Source: Gammaproteobacteria bacterium
GTDB lineage: Bacteria > Pseudomonadota > Gammaproteobacteria > RBG-16-57-12
Length of the DNA stretch: 64,000 nucleotides
NCBI GenBank assembly: GCA_021647245.1
Contig: JAKIVC010000002.1
Coordinates: forward strand, 64,184 to 128,183
Direction of reading: 5' to 3'
In this document: piece by piece, positions 59,329 to 64,000 of the stretch
Numbering within the stretch: the stretch's first letter is position 1
Layout of the letters: each line of letters starts with the position of its first letter
The notes under the pieces: generated by a model
Seen by the model: only the letters and a program-made list of their open reading frames with translations
The model's database searches: none
Told to the model about the DNA's origin: nothing
Made by a program: the position numbers and the translations under genes

Positions 59329-61146
59329 TTATTTGCCGGAACGACCAGCACGTTTGCGCTCATTTTCGGTGAGTAGCTTCTTGCGTGGGCGAATATGGTT
59401 GGGTGTTACTTCAACCAGTTCATCATCATCAATAAACTCCAGCGCCTGCTCTAGGGTATGGGTAATAGGGGTGACCAGTGATTGCGCCTCATCCGTACCC
59501 GATGCGCGCACATTGGTCAGCTGTTTGCCTTTTAGTGCATTAACGACCAAATCGTTAGTACGGCTGTGAATACCGATGATCATCCCTTCATAAACCTCAG
59601 CCCCGTGACCAATTAACAAGCTGCCACGAGCTTGTAAGAAGAACAGTGCGTTGGTCAGTGCTTTACCCGCGGCATTGGCAATCAATACGCCATTCATGCG
59701 GGTGCCATATTCGCCTTTCTTTAATGGGCCATAATGATCGAAGATGCTGAACATTAAGCCGGTGCCCTGGGTTGCTGTTAGAAACTCGGTACGAAAGCCG
59801 ATCAAACCACGTGAGGGGATGATAAAGTCGATACGAACACGACCCTTACCGTCCAGCTCCATGTTGCTCATCTCTCCACCACGGCTACCCAGCTTCTCCA
59901 TGATGGTGCCCTGGTGTTGCTCCTCAATATCGATGGTTAACTGCTCGTAAGGCTCCTGTTTTTTGCCGTCAATTTCGCGAAAGATAACTTCAGGACGGGA
60001 GACACCCATCTCAAAACCTTCACGGCGCATGGTTTCGATCAACACAGAGAGGTGAAGCTCGCCACGTCCTGAAACCCGGAATTGATTGGCATTTCCAGTC
60101 TCTTCAACCCGCAGTGCCACATTGTGAATTAACTCTTGATCCAGGCGCTCTTTAATTTGACGTGAGGTGACAAACTTACCGTCAAGGCCTGCAAAGGGAG
60201 AGTTATTAACCTGGAATGTCATGCTGACGGTTGGCTCATCAATGCTCAATGGCGCCAGGGCTTCAACAGCAGCAGGGTCACACAGCGTATCAGAGATGCT
60301 TAACCCATCAATACCAGTGAAGCAGATGATGTCACCCGCCTGCGCCTCTTCAACCTCGATGCGCTCTAACCCCATAAAGCCCATGAGTTTGAGTATGCGT
60401 GCGTTGCGACGCTCGCCGTCGGGACCTACCACGGTCACTTGGGTGTTGGTTTTGATACGGCCACGGGCGATACGACCGATACCGATAACACCGACATAGC
60501 TGTTGTAATCAAGCTGTGAAACCTGCAACTGGAAAGGATCCTCAATCTCAACTTGTGGTGGGTGAACCTTGTCGACGATGGTTTGCAGCATTGGCGTCAA
60601 ATCACCGTCGCGGACACTGTCTTCAAGGCCAGCAAAACCATTTAGACCAGAGGCGTAGACCACCGGAAAGTCGAGCTGCTCGTCGGTAGCACCCAGGTGG
60701 TCAAATAGATCGAAAGTTTGATCCAGCACCCACTGTGGGCGCGCACCTGGACGATCAATTTTATTGATTACCACGATGGGCTTAAGACCGCGATTCAGTG
60801 CTTTTTGCGTTACAAAGCGTGTCTGGGGCATTGGTCCTTCGACGGAGTCAACCAGTAGTAGTACGGAGTCAACCATAGAGAGTACACGTTCTACCTCGCC
60901 GCCAAAATCAGCATGTCCCGGAGTATCCACGATATTGATGTGGTACTTACCCCATTTAATTGCGGTTGGCTTTGCCAAGATGGTAATACCACGCTCACGC
61001 TCTTGATCGTTGGAGTCCATAGCGCGCTCTTCCAGCTGAGTGCGTTCGTCCAATGTATCCGATTGCTTGAGTAGTTGGTCGACCAGGGTGGTTTTGCCAT
61101 GGTCAACGTGGGCAATAATGGCGATATTACGTAAATTCTCGATCAC
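59329..61146 (-). CDS. typA: Translational GTPase TypA/BipA, with a GTG start at 61144-61146.
   Basis: [23 protein letters not shown] matches the BipA N-terminus. The ORF-track upstream extension is unlikely. 605 aa. Confidence 0.93.
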   Translation of the reverse strand: MIENLRNIAIIAHVDHGKTTLVDQLLKQSDTLDERTQLEERAMDSNDQERERGITILAKPTAIKWGKYHINIVDTPGHADFGGEVERVLSMVDSVLLLVDSVEGPMPQTRFVTQKALNRGLKPIVVINKIDRPGARPQWVLDQTFDLFDHLGATDEQLDFPVVYASGLNGFAGLEDSVRDGDLTPMLQTIVDKVHPPQVEIEDPFQLQVSQLDYNSYVGVIGIGRIARGRIKTNTQVTVVGPDGERRNARILKLMGFMGLERIEVEEAQAGDIICFTGIDGLSISDTLCDPAAVEALAPLSIDEPTVSMTFQVNNSPFAGLDGKFVTSRQIKERLDQELIHNVALRVEETGNANQFRVSGRGELHLSVLIETMRREGFEMGVSRPEVIFREIDGKKQEPYEQLTIDIEEQHQGTIMEKLGSRGGEMSNMELDGKGRVRIDFIIPSRGLIGFRTEFLTATQGTGLMFSIFDHYGPLKKGEYGTRMNGVLIANAAGKALTNALFFLQARGSLLIGHGAEVYEGMIIGIHSRTNDLVVNALKGKQLTNVRASGTDEAQSLVTPITHTLEQALEFIDDDELVEVTPNHIRPRKKLLTENERKRAGRSGK

Positions 61147-61296
61147 AGTAGTAAGCTCGATGATTAATTGAATTGAATTGAATGGCGCGGATTGTACAGT
61201 AAGTGGACAGATTGTTCCTAGTCCCATAGGTGATTATTTGACGATTTAACTATGAAAAGGCATGATCCCAGCAATATTCTGTGAAATATCGATAAG

Positions 61297-62178
61297 ATGA
61301 GCCAAAAAGACGCCCCCTTTAAAGTTTTTGTAATTAAATGGCTACTGCACCTTTTCGCCTTGCTGCCACTACGTGCGGCGCATGCTGTTGGCCATCTATT
61401 GGGGCTGTTTTTATGGCGCTTTTCAGCAACCACTCGTCGGGTGGTGTTAAAAAATATCGCACTCTGTTTTCCTGATATGAGTAAGTCATCACAAATGAAA
61501 CTGGCTAAAGCGAATCTGCTTGAAACCGGTAAAAACATCACTGAGTTGGGGGCGATTTGGCTCTGGCCAGCAGAAAAAACACGACAACTGGTAAAGCAGG
61601 TGAGTGGCGCTGAGCTAATTGAGCAAGCGAATAAACAGCAGCAGGGGATTATATTTGTCGCACCTCACCTCGGGTGCTGGGAGTTAATTGGCCTATACCA
61701 GCCGATGCTCTGCCTCTATCGGCCACCGCGAATGAAACAGCTAGACCCCGTCATCAGAAAAGCACGCACTCGAAATGGCACTCGCTTGGCACCCACCGAT
61801 GCCAGAGGTGTGCGTGCGATACTGCAAGCGCTGCGCAAAGGTGAGGCAACCGGAATTTTACCTGATCAGGACCCGGGGCGTGGCCATGGCCTGTTTGCCC
61901 CCTTTTTTGGTGTAGAGGCAAACACCATGACTCTGGTATCCAAATTGGCAATTAAGAGCAAGGCAAAAGTGATCTTTACCTATGCAGAGCGGTTACCAAA
62001 AGGTGAGGGTTACCACTTACACTTTATACCGGCGAGCGATGAAATTTACGGTGATCATTCCGCCGGTTATATGAATCAGCAAGTCGAGCAGTTGATACGT
62101 CAAACACCGAACCAATACATGTGGAGCTACAAGCGCTTCAAGAGCCGGCCAGAGGGTGAAAGGGGTGTATATGATTAA
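61297..62178 (+). CDS. lpxL: Lipid A biosynthesis lauroyl/myristoyl acyltransferase (LpxL/LpxM family).
   Basis: N-terminal TM and HX4D-type motif FVAPHLGCWE. 293 aa. Confidence 0.8.
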   Translation: MSQKDAPFKVFVIKWLLHLFALLPLRAAHAVGHLLGLFLWRFSATTRRVVLKNIALCFPDMSKSSQMKLAKANLLETGKNITELGAIWLWPAEKTRQLVKQVSGAELIEQANKQQQGIIFVAPHLGCWELIGLYQPMLCLYRPPRMKQLDPVIRKARTRNGTRLAPTDARGVRAILQALRKGEATGILPDQDPGRGHGLFAPFFGVEANTMTLVSKLAIKSKAKVIFTYAERLPKGEGYHLHFIPASDEIYGDHSAGYMNQQVEQLIRQTPNQYMWSYKRFKSRPEGERGVYD

Positions 62179-62789
62179 GCTCGAACAGTTAAAAAATATG
62201 GCTCTATGTGAAATAGAGCGGGTAATTGAACTTTAGTTTTCCACAAAGAAAGTAAACCATATTGATGAAATTATCGATATTACGATAGCCTCTTGCTCGA
62301 CGTTTGGCGAGCTGAACCTTGCTCCCAAATCCCCAGATAGGACTCCCTCCGACCTCTAAGAACCATTAACGAGGCTGTAGAAAAACCCACCCAGAGCCCC
62401 TTCCTACCTGCCCAGTGTCTATTCCACATCACTTTCAATGATAATCATCTTGTAGTCCGACATTGACCTGCCAATAGCGGTATTGGCGGCTATTGAGGGC
62501 TTTATTTGGCCTTTTCTTTACACTCAGTGGATTAGTTGTCCATAGTTGGCCAGCTTCTCTATATAGTGCACTATAAGCAGTAGCCTTGTACTTTGCTTTT
62601 TCCTCTCAGGCTAAAACGATTGAGTCCTTTATTGCTGCACATATTGGCGAATACGGGCTGACCGCCATGGACGCAAATGTGCCTTAGATTCTTAAAGATC
62701 AAGCCATATAGAAAACAATAGACCTCTAAATACATTATGTACAGACTTGACCCCTTTACTTTATCTGACCCCTTTATAAAATAAAAAGA

Positions 62790-63080
62790 ATGGTCAGCCA
62801 AAAAGTTGCCGTTGAAGAAGTGTCACCAACAAAAACAGAGGCTTATAATGAGGCCTCTGCACGTTTTATCCTTCACATTGATGGTTATGCTCACAACACA
62901 TCAATGACGCGATGCTTTGGTGGGTACATGTTTGAATACATTAATGTTGAGTTAATTGATGTAAGAACAAATGAAACAGCTTTACACTATTCAAATTCTG
63001 GCTATTCTGAAAACTGTCCGCCTTTATCAGGTACAATTTTTACTGATGTAGTTGAATTGGTCTCCGAAGTATGGGAATAG
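62790..63080 (+). CDS. Hypothetical protein (orphan ORF in an AT-rich segment).
   Basis: 96 aa with no recognisable motif. It lies in the lower-GC region and its coding status is uncertain. Confidence 0.3.
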   Translation: MVSQKVAVEEVSPTKTEAYNEASARFILHIDGYAHNTSMTRCFGGYMFEYINVELIDVRTNETALHYSNSGYSENCPPLSGTIFTDVVELVSEVWE

Positions 63081-63172
63081 CACATAACACGGCGCTACAC
63101 CTGACTGCCCAAAGCGGCGCCGCTCGTGCCTCGCTCTGCCACTTTGGGCAGCAGGTGAGCTAAACGTTATGT
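63081..63172. terminator. Nested hairpin between convergent genes. The perfect 10-bp stem ctgcccaaag/ctttgggcag is flanked by cacataac/gttatgtg.
   Basis: Seen directly in the sequence. It may be a bidirectional terminator or a REP-like palindrome. Confidence 0.4.
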
Positions 63173-63844
63173 GTTTTTACATGGTCGGGGCCATGAAGAA
63201 ACAAGCCCATCAATGTGCTCGTGAAGATCTGGATTTATATTGTTCCACATGGGGTCAAGCACAAAGTCAATACCTTCTCTACGTGCGAGTTTTGCGGCAG
63301 GAACAAAATCACTATCTCCAGCTATGAGAATTATTTGGTCAACCGATTTTTTGTATGCCAGTGAAGAAATATCTAGGCCAATTTTCATATCAACACCTTT
63401 TTGCCTAGCCTCGTATTTAACATCGCCTTCGGAAAGTTCATCGATTGAAATTTTGCTATTTAGCAGTTCTTTAGTTTTCTTCGCATTTATTACCCAATGA
63501 CCATCATCGGCTATTCTCCCGAATCGTAGGGCTACTTTCCTGAATCGCTTTAATTCTTGGTGAAATTCATTGCGAAATTTCGCTTCAGGAGTATCCCCAA
63601 AGCTAAATCCTTTTTTGGTAACAGGATTCTGCGCCCGCTTCGCAAGAGGAGGGCAGTCATAGAAGAAAATCCGATATAGCTCCTTCTTTTTGACTCCCTT
63701 GCTATTTACTTGTCGTAAATTACGCAGAAGACCGCTATAGAGGTCTCTTGCAACTTGGTTTGGAGATTTATCGCGCCAACCTGGATAGAGTGCTCGATAT
63801 CGTTTAATGAAGTAACTGCCGTCCACAAGTATCGCTGATTTCAT
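63167..63844 (-). CDS. NYN domain-containing protein (LabA/limkain-b1-like predicted RNase).
   Basis: ILVDGSYF...QIILIAGDSDFVPAAKLARREG are NYN/PIN-like acidic motifs. 225 aa in a lower-GC context. Confidence 0.6.
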   Translation of the reverse strand: MKSAILVDGSYFIKRYRALYPGWRDKSPNQVARDLYSGLLRNLRQVNSKGVKKKELYRIFFYDCPPLAKRAQNPVTKKGFSFGDTPEAKFRNEFHQELKRFRKVALRFGRIADDGHWVINAKKTKELLNSKISIDELSEGDVKYEARQKGVDMKIGLDISSLAYKKSVDQIILIAGDSDFVPAAKLARREGIDFVLDPMWNNINPDLHEHIDGLVSSWPRPCKNT

Positions 63845-64000
63845 ATAAGCCTCTGTTTTTAGGCATAAAAAAGCCCCGGATTTCGTGAGCCTCGCTATTG
63901 TTGGAGGCCCGTACTTTCCAGGGCGCTATTCAACTTTGATTATGGTATATACACTATTCATAGTCAATGAACAAACATAATCGGGTAGCCAAGGGTCTCT

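Noticed and set aside
61166-61186. Short tandem (ATTGA)3-4 repeat upstream of typA.
   Set aside because: Too short to be a meaningful tandem array. It is probably part of the promoter/UTR, with no supporting structure.
1-64000. CRISPR arrays, rRNA or tRNA genes, integrases or transposases.
   Set aside because: Every intergenic region longer than 100 bp was scanned by eye. No regularly spaced direct repeats, tRNA-like T-loop (GGTTCGAATCC-type) or recombinase ORFs were found.

Overview
This window is mostly core chromosome of a gammaproteobacterium (GC near 50%) with strong gene-order conservation with the Pseudomonas aeruginosa PA0392–PA0413 region. On the minus strand there is a Pil-Chp twitching-motility chemosensory cluster (pilG-pilI-pilJ-pilK, with no pilH). 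The pilK gene runs off the window start and is absent from the ORF track. After it come gshA-gshB, an ApbE/NusG-II/Gx-transporter flavin-trafficking trio, tonB, yqgE-ruvX, pyrR-pyrB-pyrC' (inactive dihydroorotase-like), pilT-pilU, and yggS-proC-yggT. Further on are a lone dynamin-family GTPase, selD-selU (tRNA selenouridine), a five-gene operon of exported redox and Met-rich proteins, vfr/crp, osmC/yhfA, speD and acnB. A nitrate-assimilation neighbourhood follows: porin, PSCyt-type dihaem cytochrome c lipoprotein, nasA, truncated haemoglobin, HPP-family protein. Beside it is an unusual split NIT-sensor/MCP gene pair. The window continues with sbcB, rsmJ, hrpB and the gmk-rpoZ-spoT-ridA-recG operon. 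It ends with apaH, dtd, typA, lpxL and an AT-rich accessory tail carrying a NYN-domain gene. No rRNA, tRNA or CRISPR were found. Two short repeated intergenic element families resembling MITEs or REP elements are present, one in four copies and one with terminal inverted repeats. The most novel-looking candidates are the split NIT/MCP pair, the exported five-gene redox/metal operon next to selD-selU, and the repeat families.
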